A stretch of DNA of 64,000 bases, taken from the IMG/VR virus record IMGVR_UViG_3300013232_000486, one strand, 5' to 3'. Below the pieces are notes generated by a model. The model searched no databases. It saw only the letters and a program-made list of their open reading frames with translations, and was not told the origin of the DNA. The DNA is from a virus. Its lineage: Duplodnaviria > Heunggongvirae > Uroviricota > Caudoviricetes. This document shows positions 53,900-62,801 of the stretch, piece after piece (position 1 is the first letter of the stretch; the number at the start of each line of letters is the position of its first letter). A program made the translations under genes and the position numbers.

Positions 53900-54259
53900 A
53901 TGAATCCCACACTCTCGGAAGTATTTGACGGCATTTTGGGCGCAATGGATCGGACCTTCGGCGGGTTCGATGCATGGAAGGATGGAGACAAGCTGGCCTT
54001 GCGGTTTGAACTGGCTGGCTACGATAAGGGCAGCATTTCCGTGGTTGCCGAGAATGGAGCGCTCGTGGTCGAGGCCACCAGGGATTCTCCGAACCACAAG
54101 TACATCGTCAGGTCGTCCACGGACAGCTTCAGACGGGTGGTCGCCATCCCAGAGGAATACGATCCCGAGCGGACAGACGCCACGTACGAGAACGGGGTCT
54201 TGACGATCACCATTGAGAAGGCCGACGGAAAGAAGTCCAAGAAGGTACAAATCAAGTAG
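53900..54259 (+). CDS. Small heat-shock protein (Hsp20/alpha-crystallin)
   Basis: FELAGY....I.V..E.G.L.V..SF.R...P...D....A.YENGVLTITI.K. Confidence 0.9.
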   Translation: MNPTLSEVFDGILGAMDRTFGGFDAWKDGDKLALRFELAGYDKGSISVVAENGALVVEATRDSPNHKYIVRSSTDSFRRVVAIPEEYDPERTDATYENGVLTITIEKADGKKSKKVQIK

Positions 54260-54284
54260 TCACAGATTTCTCACGGAAAGTCAC

Positions 54285-54313
54285 TTGACTTGCCCTCCCT
54301 ATGGGGCTAGTAT
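54285..54313 (+). promoter_or_regulatory. Promoter TTGACT-N17-TAGTAT
   Basis: Followed by AAAGGAGG and ATG 54337. Confidence 0.68.
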
Positions 54314-54336
54314 TCCCCCAGAAAGGAGGGCATTTC

Positions 54337-55068
54337 ATGATCAATGCCCAGGAAACACGAAGGGACGAGCGCGTGGAGCTTGCCGACATTGAGTCGGCGG
54401 TGAAGGCGCTTGAGAAGCGCATCCAGAGGATGCTGAAGGCGCTCGAGGACAACAAGAAGTCAGTCGGAACCCAGGTGTTCAAGGCGCAAGAAAAGCCCCG
54501 CGTGAACAAGACCATTCTCGCGGAGGGGCATGCCTTGTCCACGGTGAAGGGCTCGTTGTACACCGCCATTCTCACGGCCATGGGGAAGCTTGGCAGTCTG
54601 GCGTCGTACGACACGCACATCACCAACTACAACGACTGCAAGCTGGCTAATCGCCACTTCCCGTTCGAGCAGTTCCTCAGGCTGTTCGGCGTGATGGACT
54701 GGCAGATCGAGGCCTTCGTCCGAAGCAACCCCGACTTCCAGGCCCATTGCGAAAAGCAGACTGCGCGTCTTCAGGAACGGGCCGCGCATGGCAACGCCAA
54801 GGCCAGGAAGGTCTTGGCCAACCCCAAGATCTGCGTTGACGGCAAGTGGAGGGGCGACTTCGAGACGGCGTACGAGGTCCTTCGCCAAGGCCATTGCCCC
54901 GCCAACACGAGAAGGCGCAGGAACTTGGCCATCCTCAACGTCGCTGGTCTGCTTTTCGACGAGATCAGGATTCGTGGTCAGCGCCTCTTCTTCTTGTACC
55001 CCGAGAAGTACCACAAGGAGTTCTCGGAGATCAAGGCGCTTTGTTACGCTAACGGGATCGTCATCTAG
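54337..55068 (+). CDS. Hypothetical protein
   Basis: Promoter plus ribosome-binding site; 243 aa. Confidence 0.75.
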   Translation: MINAQETRRDERVELADIESAVKALEKRIQRMLKALEDNKKSVGTQVFKAQEKPRVNKTILAEGHALSTVKGSLYTAILTAMGKLGSLASYDTHITNYNDCKLANRHFPFEQFLRLFGVMDWQIEAFVRSNPDFQAHCEKQTARLQERAAHGNAKARKVLANPKICVDGKWRGDFETAYEVLRQGHCPANTRRRRNLAILNVAGLLFDEIRIRGQRLFFLYPEKYHKEFSEIKALCYANGIVI

Positions 55069-55295
55069 TCCCGCTCGTCATAGTCGTCCTCGTCGTCCCA
55101 GTACGGGCATGACGGGTCGATCCGCAGAAGCCACTCACGAGCCCTCGGGTCGGACATCTTCACGATGAACCGACCCGAGGCTTCGCATCGGGCGTACGTT
55201 TCAAAGTCCATTTTGTGGCGTTTCAGGCAAGGACATCGTGCGCAGCAATCGACTTCATTCATGACGTATAATACCGCATGGGTCCAATGTTTCAT
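55065..55295 (-). CDS. Small Cys-rich hypothetical protein
   Basis: CCARCPC..C..CP; convergent with the previous gene. Confidence 0.45.
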   Translation of the reverse strand: MKHWTHAVLYVMNEVDCCARCPCLKRHKMDFETYARCEASGRFIVKMSDPRAREWLLRIDPSCPYWDDEDDYDERD

Positions 55296-55922
55296 AGGCT
55301 TGAGTTGGCCATTTCCAATATTCTAGATCCAGTCGTATTCGAGATTGGCGCTCATCGCTGCGAAAGCACATCGCGTATTCTTGAGGTTTTTTCTGGAAGG
55401 GTCAGGTATTACGCCTTCGAGCCAGATCCCAGAAACATAGCCGTCTGCATGAGGCATCCCTTAGTTAAGAATCAAAAGATAAAGTTCATGCCCGTTGCCA
55501 TCGGCAACGAACCAGGCCGACTCCCCTTTTACATGTCTGGCGGGAAGTTCCGCCACTCAAAGGACTGGGACGAATCGTCCTCATTGCTGCGTCCAAGCGG
55601 GCATCTTCTTCTATACCCCGAGATAAACTTTGACCGACAGACAGAGGTTGAAGTCTCCACGCTGGACAAGGTCTGCGAGGACGAGGGGATCGATCACATA
55701 GATTTCATCTGGATGGACGTTCAAGGCGCGGAGCATTTGGTCTTCGAAGGAGGGAAGAAGATGCTGCCCAAAACCCATTTCATCTACACGGAATGTAGCA
55801 AGGTTGACCAACTCTACTGCGGACAAATGCTGCTTGAACAACTACTGGGCATGTTGCCGAAGACGTTTTGTATTGATCAAGACTACGAGTCTGATGTTCT
55901 TTTTGTGAACACTACTTTTTAG
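55278..55922 (+). CDS. FkbM-family methyltransferase
   Basis: VFEIGAH.C; AFEPDPRN; AIG; SSSLL.P; TLD; IDFIWMDVQGAE. Confidence 0.9.
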   Translation: MGPMFHRLELAISNILDPVVFEIGAHRCESTSRILEVFSGRVRYYAFEPDPRNIAVCMRHPLVKNQKIKFMPVAIGNEPGRLPFYMSGGKFRHSKDWDESSSLLRPSGHLLLYPEINFDRQTEVEVSTLDKVCEDEGIDHIDFIWMDVQGAEHLVFEGGKKMLPKTHFIYTECSKVDQLYCGQMLLEQLLGMLPKTFCIDQDYESDVLFVNTTF

Positions 55923-56100
55923 GTTTCTCGACGGCAACTTTCATCGCTCCGTCTAGACAAGCGCATGTAATCGAGCAATACGCCTTGCCCGTATGGTCGT
56001 CTGGAACCTCGATCATCTGAGTCCCGCGAGCCTCGTCTGGACGCTCGTAATGGACGCGGTACTCGCCGCATTTCGGGTACGAGCAAGGAACCTTCTTCAT
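55912..56100 (-). CDS. Small Cys-rich protein
   Basis: CSYPKC..YCSITC; ATGA overlap. Confidence 0.55.
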   Translation of the reverse strand: MKKVPCSYPKCGEYRVHYERPDEARGTQMIEVPDDHTGKAYCSITCACLDGAMKVAVEKPKK

Positions 56101-56351
56101 TTTCTGTCCCACCTGACATGTCGGCCACATTGCGGACACTTCCCACGACAACACGGCATGCAATGCCTCATTCCATCAAACGTGTGGCAGATGCAGTCAC
56201 AGAAAACATGCTTCGAGCAATCTGGCCGAGGCTTCTTGCGCAAGCAATGTTTGCACGTGACCTTGGACCAGTCTCTCGTTTGTTCGGTGTCGAAGACCCC
56301 GTAGATGTGTCCAGTGGACCAAGGGCATCCATTTGAGAAGTGTATCGTCAT
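56097..56351 (-). CDS. Small Cys-rich (Zn-binding) protein
   Basis: VTCKHC..CDCICH..CC..CPQC. Confidence 0.55.
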   Translation of the reverse strand: MTIHFSNGCPWSTGHIYGVFDTEQTRDWSKVTCKHCLRKKPRPDCSKHVFCDCICHTFDGMRHCMPCCRGKCPQCGRHVRWDRK

Positions 56352-57523
56352 TGACACTTGAAGACTCCCCTCAGGAAGTTCACGTACCTTTCGTCCTCAC
56401 ACATCACCTTTCCTGGGCTGTCGCTCAGCTTCGCCACGGGCTGTCCGTTGCAGCGTACCATCTTGATCACCACGTTCAAGGGCTTGACGCCCATGTCATT
56501 GGTCAAGTTGGTACCGATGCCGAAAGACACGCCGATACGGTCATGGAACGCCTTCCAGATGTCGTACGCCTTCGGCAAGTCGAGGCTGTCACTGAAGACC
56601 AGCGTCTTCGTCTTGGGGTCAATCTTCAGCGCGTTGTAATGGAGGATGACCTTCGCGCCAAAGGTGAATGGATCACCCGAGTCATGGCGGACGCCGTCGT
56701 ACAGCTTGGCAAGGTACAAGTCGAAGTCGCGTAGGAAGGCATCAATCCCGACCACGTCGCTCAAGGCGATCCCGAGGTCGCCGCGATACTCCTTGACCCA
56801 TGCGTTCAGCATGAAGCGCTGGCTGTCCTTTATCGAGGTCAATGCTTGTCCAGCTTGCAGCCACTCGTGGGCCATCGTCCCGATCGGGGTAAGTCGCAAC
56901 TTTTTGGCCAAGTAGACGTTGCTTGTCCCGACGAATTTTTCTGGACAGTGGGTCTTGAGTTCGGTGACCACATGCTCATGCCACTCCGAACTCCATCGTC
57001 GCCGTGTCCCGAAGTCGCAGAATTTCATCTGGCTGTCGGAAAGGGGGCTGTTGCACAAGTATCGCATCTTCGAGGTCAAGCGCTTGCGACCTTCATTCTC
57101 GGCCTCTTCGTGACGTATCAGCGACATGGTTCGCTTGAAGAACAGCTCGTTCACCAGTGCCAGAAGCGGGACTTCCCAAAAGATCGTCTGGAGCCACGAT
57201 CCCCTGACGCGAATGTCGAGCGCTCCGTCCTTTCTGGACACGAAGACGTTCGTCGGGTTCAAGTGGTATCCACGCATGAAATTGACGAAGTCTGGCTTGA
57301 TGAAGCGAAGACTCCCGAGGAAGTCTAGTTCGGCTTCGGTCATTCTCAGTTCGCCAAGCTTCTCGATCTGGAACCGAAGCTCGTGTTCCATGTCGAGAAG
57401 TTCGCGTGGGTCATGACTTCGACAAGCGAACTTGAACTCGACTTCCACCCAAGGAAACTGATGGAGTACGGCTTGCGCCATAGTCATTTTGTATAAATCT
57501 GTATCCAGAAGCGAAGGGATCAT
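56348..57523 (-). CDS. pncB: Nicotinate phosphoribosyltransferase
   Basis: SLLDTDLYK.TM; DFGTRRR; GTSNV; GTMAHEW; RHDSGDP; VFSD.L; FGIGT.LTND; KLSD.PGK. Confidence 0.93.
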   Translation of the reverse strand: MIPSLLDTDLYKMTMAQAVLHQFPWVEVEFKFACRSHDPRELLDMEHELRFQIEKLGELRMTEAELDFLGSLRFIKPDFVNFMRGYHLNPTNVFVSRKDGALDIRVRGSWLQTIFWEVPLLALVNELFFKRTMSLIRHEEAENEGRKRLTSKMRYLCNSPLSDSQMKFCDFGTRRRWSSEWHEHVVTELKTHCPEKFVGTSNVYLAKKLRLTPIGTMAHEWLQAGQALTSIKDSQRFMLNAWVKEYRGDLGIALSDVVGIDAFLRDFDLYLAKLYDGVRHDSGDPFTFGAKVILHYNALKIDPKTKTLVFSDSLDLPKAYDIWKAFHDRIGVSFGIGTNLTNDMGVKPLNVVIKMVRCNGQPVAKLSDSPGKVMCEDERYVNFLRGVFKCQ

Positions 57524-57876
57524 TTTTGCTCCCCTTTCTCGCACGGGTATGGTCGCCCGCATTCCTTGCATTTCGGGACTTCTTTGACGGGTGGTTCCTC
57601 GTACGTGATGGCAGCGAATGAGCCATGCCAGTCACACGTTACGCTAACGATCTTCTTGTCCTTGTTCTCGGAGATCCATTTGATGAAGGCCGCTCGTATC
57701 CCAGGGCCATACAACATCGCCGTTGTTTGACCATGAGAGTTCTTGATTTCTGTCGGGTTTGCGGCAGCCCCGTCACCACAAGAGCAAAGGGCTGTCGTAA
57801 GACCCACCAGAAGCAGCGCAATGCTGGCGTAAAAGCAAACCACGTCAATCGTTCCGTCCGTGTCAGTTTTGGCCAT
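57520..57876 (-). CDS. Putative lipoprotein
   Basis: Hydrophobic leader IALLLVGLTTALCSC (lipobox-like). Confidence 0.5.
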   Translation of the reverse strand: MAKTDTDGTIDVVCFYASIALLLVGLTTALCSCGDGAAANPTEIKNSHGQTTAMLYGPGIRAAFIKWISENKDKKIVSVTCDWHGSFAAITYEEPPVKEVPKCKECGRPYPCEKGEQK

Positions 57877-57889
57877 TTCTAAACCCCTT

Positions 57890-58111
57890 TCATCGGCAGT
57901 CGTCGGACGTGCCGCGACGTCTTCCCTCTTCGAAGCCCGTATTCCATGCCCGTTTGATCGCCTCCAGCATCTCTGGCGTGGCATTGGTCGCGAAAATGAC
58001 CATTTTCTCTCCAACGGGGAGCTTCTCTGGCGTCCCCACGAGTATAAACCTATTTTCGCCTTGCAACTCGCAACCGTCCACCAAGATGACTACTGGGAAT
58101 TGGCTTTCCAT
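57890..58111 (-). CDS. Hypothetical protein
   Basis: AAGGAG ribosome-binding site. Confidence 0.55.
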   Translation of the reverse strand: MESQFPVVILVDGCELQGENRFILVGTPEKLPVGEKMVIFATNATPEMLEAIKRAWNTGFEEGRRRGTSDDCR

Positions 58112-58250
58112 CGTGATTTGCTCCTTGGTCCCTCACTGGTAAGCATACCATCATTGGCTTCCTTTTCAAGGCACAGAAAATCGGGCACTGGTGGTTGACT
58201 TGGGTGTGAAAAAGGATAATCTTGACCTAGGCCACTACGGAGGAAATCAA

Positions 58251-58439
58251 ATGAAGTCGGAATTGGTCGTATGTGGTTCCACCCAACATGTCCCCGCTGG
58301 CTGCAAGGAACTCCACATTCCAGCCTTCCCGCATGACGAGTGTCCCGTATGCAGAAAGAAGACGCGGGATACCTGGCGTCAGCAGAAGGCGATCGAAGCA
58401 GCCGAGGAAAAGAAGAAGACGCTCACAGCCACGGCGTGA
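58251..58439 (+). CDS. Small Cys-containing hypothetical protein
   Basis: GGAGG ribosome-binding site; C..CPVC. Confidence 0.5.
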   Translation: MKSELVVCGSTQHVPAGCKELHIPAFPHDECPVCRKKTRDTWRQQKAIEAAEEKKKTLTATA

Positions 58440-58634
58440 AGGCTCGTTCTATCGCCTCGATCAACCTCAAGGCAAACGGGCGCTTCTTGAAGTCTGGGCA
58501 TGGCTTGATCCGCTGCGAGCATCTCGGCGGGTAGCTCGGCTTTCCAGAATGGCATCGCCCATGCACGTGACTGTAGCACTTTCTGCATTTCTTTCGCATA
58601 TCCCTATCCTTTAGCAACGGCAAGCATATTTTCC

Positions 58635-58662
58635 TTGACTGGAGGCCTTTTTGCAATAGCAT
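58635..58662 (+). promoter_or_regulatory. Promoter TTGACT-N16-TAGCAT
   Basis: Upstream of the WYL gene. Confidence 0.6.
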
Positions 58663-58692
58663 TTGTTAGGGGGAACCGTGCAAGGAAAGGGA

Positions 58693-58986
58693 ATGATAAT
58701 GGACTTGAAGCAACTGAACACGAATCAGACGTACCGAGTAATCCAAGCCGCGATGAAAGGATCCGACGAACTCGTCTTCGTGTACGAGAAGGAGGCTGGC
58801 GACGAGACAAAGCGACTAACGCGTTTTGTTCGACCCATCGAGGTGACCAACGGTCCAGAGGAGGCCTCCGTCCTATGTCAACAGATCTTGCCGAAGTCGG
58901 GGTTCAGGAGATTCAAGCTGAACAAGATCGTGTCTGCGTACCGAGTCCAGACGCGGGAATCGTTCAGCAGCCTCGCCCAGTCGTAG
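58693..58986 (+). CDS. Stand-alone WYL-domain-like protein
   Basis: I..A....L.F.Y......R.V.PI........C......R.F.L.KI; no HTH domain. Confidence 0.65.
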   Translation: MIMDLKQLNTNQTYRVIQAAMKGSDELVFVYEKEAGDETKRLTRFVRPIEVTNGPEEASVLCQQILPKSGFRRFKLNKIVSAYRVQTRESFSSLAQS

Positions 58987-59161
58987 AACACAAGTTCCTG
59001 GCGTTCTTGGCCTTCATTTTGTCGGTCGAGACCGTCGCATTCTGTTCGTTCATGGCCGCGTTCGCGTATTACGAGCAGCAATGGCTGGTCATGAGGCAGT
59101 CCTTGATCGGACTGGCCATCTGCTCGTTCGTCAGCATGTACTTGTACTTGCGGAGATAAGT

Positions 59162-59413
59162 ATGATCAGGGCATTCAATGCCACGCAAGGCGTCGTCGGA
59201 GGGCCATTCAAGTCTTTCACAAAGGCCGTTTCATGGGCCAAAGAACATTTGCCAGGAGTCCCTCATATCAACATTAGGAAGCTGTCAAAGGACTTTAAGG
59301 ACGAGGGGATCGTATCGATCGACGAGGATCCCTCAAAATCTTTCGCCGAAGATGTCGTCATCTTCGATGATAAGCGTCACGAAATGGACGAGGAGGGCTA
59401 CGTAGATTGGTAA
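59162..59413 (+). CDS. Hypothetical protein
   Basis: GGAG ribosome-binding site. Confidence 0.55.
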   Translation: MIRAFNATQGVVGGPFKSFTKAVSWAKEHLPGVPHINIRKLSKDFKDEGIVSIDEDPSKSFAEDVVIFDDKRHEMDEEGYVDW

Positions 59414-59652
59414 TCAAGACCATCATCAGGTACGCTTGCCCGCTCTGCAAGCAAGAGATCAGAGAGGAAATCGACCAGCGTAACATTGGCAGCTTCGTCC
59501 AAGGCCTCGTTGCATGCAAACGGTGCTGTTCCATGCCGCCTAAAACGAAGGAATCAAGGTCTCAAGGCTACACCCGAAAGGAACGCGTGAACATCGAGCG
59601 CGGCGGCAGATTCCCAGTCAGATTCCAGGAAGCGATGAAGAATCAGAAGTAA
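59407..59652 (+). CDS. Small Zn-finger-like protein
   Basis: CPLC..CKRC. Confidence 0.5.
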   Translation: MVIKTIIRYACPLCKQEIREEIDQRNIGSFVQGLVACKRCCSMPPKTKESRSQGYTRKERVNIERGGRFPVRFQEAMKNQK

Positions 59653-60074
59653 CGCTTGACCAGAGACTCAAAGTCTTCGAAGCAAGTCTTCGGAAGGGCG
59701 TTTTTCGGGAACCATTCCCATGGACCGTGCTTTTCTGGCTCAAGGTCCAGCGGAGTCCCAGAGGCGTTATTTGCCACGAAGAACAACGTGACGTAATGGT
59801 CGCCGCTCTCCACGATGCCCTTGTTGACTGCGGTCAGCAACTTGACCTCGTTGATGTCCAGCCCAGTCTCTTCTTTGACCTCTCTTTTGCAGCAGCCCTC
59901 GAAGGTCTCCCCCATCTCAAGATGTCCGCCAGCCAGGCCCCATGTTCCCGCCCCGTTGCCCCTCAATCGCTTGCTCATGAGTATTTTTCCGTCTCTCAGG
60001 ATGAAAACAGCCACCCCGATCTTCGGTAGCTTTCTGTCTGGGGATTCGTTCACGTTGGTTCTCCTTGCTTTCAT
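59643..60074 (-). CDS. Nudix hydrolase (MutT/NUDT15-like); real start may be GTG 60053
   Basis: Nudix box GGHLEMGETFEGCCKREVKEETGL; EPEKH..W.WF. Confidence 0.92.
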   Translation of the reverse strand: MKARRTNVNESPDRKLPKIGVAVFILRDGKILMSKRLRGNGAGTWGLAGGHLEMGETFEGCCKREVKEETGLDINEVKLLTAVNKGIVESGDHYVTLFFVANNASGTPLDLEPEKHGPWEWFPKNALPKTCFEDFESLVKRYF

Positions 60075-60090
60075 GGTACAGAAAAGTGCC

Positions 60091-60118
60091 TTGATTCCAA
60101 GTCTTTTTGAGGTATTAT
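60091..60118 (+). promoter_or_regulatory. Promoter TTGATT-N16-TATTAT (with a divergent TTGGAA-16-TACCAT)
   Basis: Lies between the divergent Nudix and MBL genes. Confidence 0.55.
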
Positions 60119-60183
60119 TCCAGTGGCGGGTCTATCAAGGCCCGAAGGGCGCAAACGGGCTATCATGCCCAAAGGAGACACAC

Positions 60184-61161
60184 ATGTCATTAGTCATTCC
60201 AGAAGTATCCCTCACGTTCGCTGGCTGTGGGTCGTTCTTCGCGACTCAAGACCAGTACCAGTCCAACCTGGTCATCGAGGCCAAATACCCTGACGGAACG
60301 CTTAAGCGGCTGCTTTTTGACTGCGGTACAGATGCCAAGTTTTCCATCAAAGAGCTTGGCCTGGCCCCAGCCGACTTCGACGCCGTCTACATCTCCCATC
60401 AACATGGAGACCACTCTGGAGGATTGGAGTGGATGGCCTTCGGGACGTATTTCGCGGGCAAGCCTAAGCCAAAGCTGATCTGCGAAGAACGGCTCATGGA
60501 AGAGTTGTGGGAGAATGGCCTGAAAGGGGCCATGACCACACTTCCTGGGAAGACGGCAACCTTGTCTGAGTTCTTCCACTGTTGCGCCGTTCCACGTGAG
60601 GGCGCGTTCTTTTGGAACAACATCTACTTTAGGCTTCATCAAACCGTTCATGTCTGCTCAGGAATGACCATCAAACACTGTTATGGATTGGTCATGCAGC
60701 CTGCTTTCTGCCTCAAACCGCAGAACACGCATTTCTTGCGTCGAAATGCTTCTAATGAAGATGTGTACGTTCTGTCTGCTCCGCCGCGAGACGCTGGAGA
60801 GATCAGCGACTTCGACAAGATCGATCTCCAGAGGTGGGGACGTGGATCGGGCGTTGATTTGCCTTACGACAAGGTACGGTTTGGAGAAGGTGGCGAACCG
60901 AAAGTACTGATCACGGGCGACACGCGGTTTGACCCCGACATGTTCAGGTATGCGTACGAAACCAGCGGTCTGATCATCCACGATTGCGAGACGGCTCCGT
61001 ACAGGAGCGGCGTCCATCCGTCCTACGAAGACCTCTGTACGCTTCCTGGTGGCCAGAAGGCCAAGATGCTTCTCTTCCATTACCAGCCCACAGACAAGGA
61101 TGCCATCAGGGACGGCTTTATGGGCTTCGCCCAAAAAGGGCAGAAAGTGAGACTCTGGTGA
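60184..61161 (+). CDS. Metallo-beta-lactamase-fold hydrolase (RNase Z / phosphodiesterase-like)
   Basis: LFDCG; SHQHGDH..G; TGDT; HDCET; HP.Y; LFHY. Confidence 0.87.
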   Translation: MSLVIPEVSLTFAGCGSFFATQDQYQSNLVIEAKYPDGTLKRLLFDCGTDAKFSIKELGLAPADFDAVYISHQHGDHSGGLEWMAFGTYFAGKPKPKLICEERLMEELWENGLKGAMTTLPGKTATLSEFFHCCAVPREGAFFWNNIYFRLHQTVHVCSGMTIKHCYGLVMQPAFCLKPQNTHFLRRNASNEDVYVLSAPPRDAGEISDFDKIDLQRWGRGSGVDLPYDKVRFGEGGEPKVLITGDTRFDPDMFRYAYETSGLIIHDCETAPYRSGVHPSYEDLCTLPGGQKAKMLLFHYQPTDKDAIRDGFMGFAQKGQKVRLW

Positions 61162-61283
61162 GATCAAAACAAGAAGAGAACGCGAGTCGTCTGCTACAAG
61201 CCGAAGGAATGCGGGCGCGGGGCTTCACTGCGTTTGCGCGGCCTGTATCGAGTACGGCGCTCTGCGCTACCGTGTACATTCCC

Positions 61284-61532
61284 ATGAAGGACTACCCAGA
61301 GCCAGGTGATGTGCCAGAGAAGAAAAAAGTCGCCGTCAAAAAGAAAAAGAAACGGGATCTACGTTATCACATTGACGAGATCACCGAGGGAGAAGTTGTT
61401 CTCGCCCCTTGGATTGATGCAAAACATGCCGCCCCAGCGATCCTCGAACTCTACGGGCGTGGGGTAGACACGATCTGCGTCATGAGGAAGAAGAGGAAGG
61501 TCGCTATCTGCGGCTTTAAGGAATCCACATGA
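61284..61532 (+). CDS. Hypothetical basic protein (start uncertain)
   Basis: 3' part of ORF 60984..61532. Confidence 0.45.
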   Translation: MKDYPEPGDVPEKKKVAVKKKKKRDLRYHIDEITEGEVVLAPWIDAKHAAPAILELYGRGVDTICVMRKKRKVAICGFKEST

Positions 61533-61717
61533 AAAGGCAACCAGCTAGCGTTTGCCCCAACTGTGGAAAACCAGTACGCTGCCGCAACGGGCGCATGAAA
61601 TGCGCCCGTTGCGGGACGACGGCAAGCCTCCGCTGGTCATGGATGGTCGGACATCGAGAGGTTCCTTTTGCCGTCTTTGTCAAGGCTTTCGCGAGAATGG
61701 CAAGGAGGGCAGTATGA
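61529..61717 (+). CDS. Small Zn-ribbon protein
   Basis: CPNC..CARC; ATGA overlaps at both ends. Confidence 0.5.
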   Translation: MKRQPASVCPNCGKPVRCRNGRMKCARCGTTASLRWSWMVGHREVPFAVFVKAFARMARRAV

Positions 61718-61923
61718 GAGGCCCACGAGGATGCCAAGGACCTGACCACGACAAAAGACGTGTCAATAGGGTCTACAAGGACGTGGTCAAGTACCTTCAA
61801 GAGAAACATGGTCTCATGCAGCCGTCAGAGTTCATGACGGAAGAGGCCCAGAAGGAACCTTTTGTCGTGTTGAAGAAGGCCATCGACGTCATCGTGTCTA
61901 ATCAAGAATGTACGAACTGGTAG
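61714..61923 (+). CDS. Hypothetical protein
   Basis: GGAGG ribosome-binding site. Confidence 0.5.
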   Translation: MRGPRGCQGPDHDKRRVNRVYKDVVKYLQEKHGLMQPSEFMTEEAQKEPFVVLKKAIDVIVSNQECTNW

Positions 61924-61939
61924 CCACGGCACGCAACTA

Positions 61940-61967
61940 TTGACTTCTGCTGACGTTGTGGTAGTAT
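61940..61967 (+). promoter_or_regulatory. Promoter TTGACT-N16-TAGTAT
   Basis: Intergenic; upstream of AAGGAG and ATG 62007. Confidence 0.68.
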
Positions 61968-62006
61968 GGTCTTATGGGAACGTAGTCTACGGTAAAAGGA
62001 GTCGTC

Positions 62007-62594
62007 ATGGACCACGAGCATCGCAGAAACGCCTACGCGACGAAGGTCTTCAACCTTCACAAAAAGGAATGCGTTTCCTTCGCCAAGCGAACTGGAATGT
62101 CCGTCAAGACTGCCGCCCCGCGTGAGCGTCATGGGATTTACTACTGGGTATACCTCAAGCCCAACTGGATCCTCAAGGTCTTGTTGGACGACACCTTCTC
62201 CGACTTGGGGCATCCAGCCTTGTGGAGAGACTTGGCCCAAAACGTCATCGCTCCTCACTACAAGATCACCAACCCAACGCTCTTGAGAGAGCTTTCGAAC
62301 ATTCCGTACTCCATGCCTCGGGGGCGGTTGGTCAACATCAAGAACACTCAAGGCGAGCGTCAGTTCATCTTTTGGAACGGCAACGACTTCAAGATGACCG
62401 ACCAGCAGAAGCGGCAGCTCATCGAGGAGTTCGGACTGGGCCAAGAGTACGTCAATGGACGCGTCCGCTTCTCGTATGACGACCACGAGGTCATGCTTCC
62501 AGATGATGTCGCCCAGTTGAAGAACATCATCAGGGTAAACAGCTTTGGCACGAAGGTCAAGGCTCCCAAACTCGCGCCAGACGTGGAGGACTAG
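62007..62594 (+). CDS. Hypothetical protein
   Basis: Promoter plus ribosome-binding site; 195 aa. Confidence 0.75.
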   Translation: MDHEHRRNAYATKVFNLHKKECVSFAKRTGMSVKTAAPRERHGIYYWVYLKPNWILKVLLDDTFSDLGHPALWRDLAQNVIAPHYKITNPTLLRELSNIPYSMPRGRLVNIKNTQGERQFIFWNGNDFKMTDQQKRQLIEEFGLGQEYVNGRVRFSYDDHEVMLPDDVAQLKNIIRVNSFGTKVKAPKLAPDVED

Positions 62595-62801
62595 ATGCAA
62601 AAGGCAGTGATCATAACGCCGCAAGGTGGAAGCGGGGCTGAGGGCGTCCTTAACGACTACCTTTCTCAAGGATGGCGCGTTCTCAGTGTCACAGCGCAAC
62701 ATGTTTCAAGAGCAGGAGACTTGGGATCGACTTCCCATGGATCATTCCTTGTTGTCTTGGAGAAGGCCGATGAAGTACGACTCCCGTCCACCGTACGATA
62801 G
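62595..62801 (+). CDS. DUF4177-like small protein
   Basis: LN.YL..GWRV.SV pattern. Confidence 0.5.
   Translation: MQKAVIITPQGGSGAEGVLNDYLSQGWRVLSVTAQHVSRAGDLGSTSHGSFLVVLEKADEVRLPSTVR

Noticed and set aside
58195-58220. TTGACT..GATAAT promoter
   Set aside because: Spacer of only 14 bp; not counted.
59815-60183. Long N-terminal extension of the MBL hydrolase in the ORF track
   Set aside because: It overlaps the Nudix gene on the opposite strand; the promoter and AAGGAG support ATG 60184.
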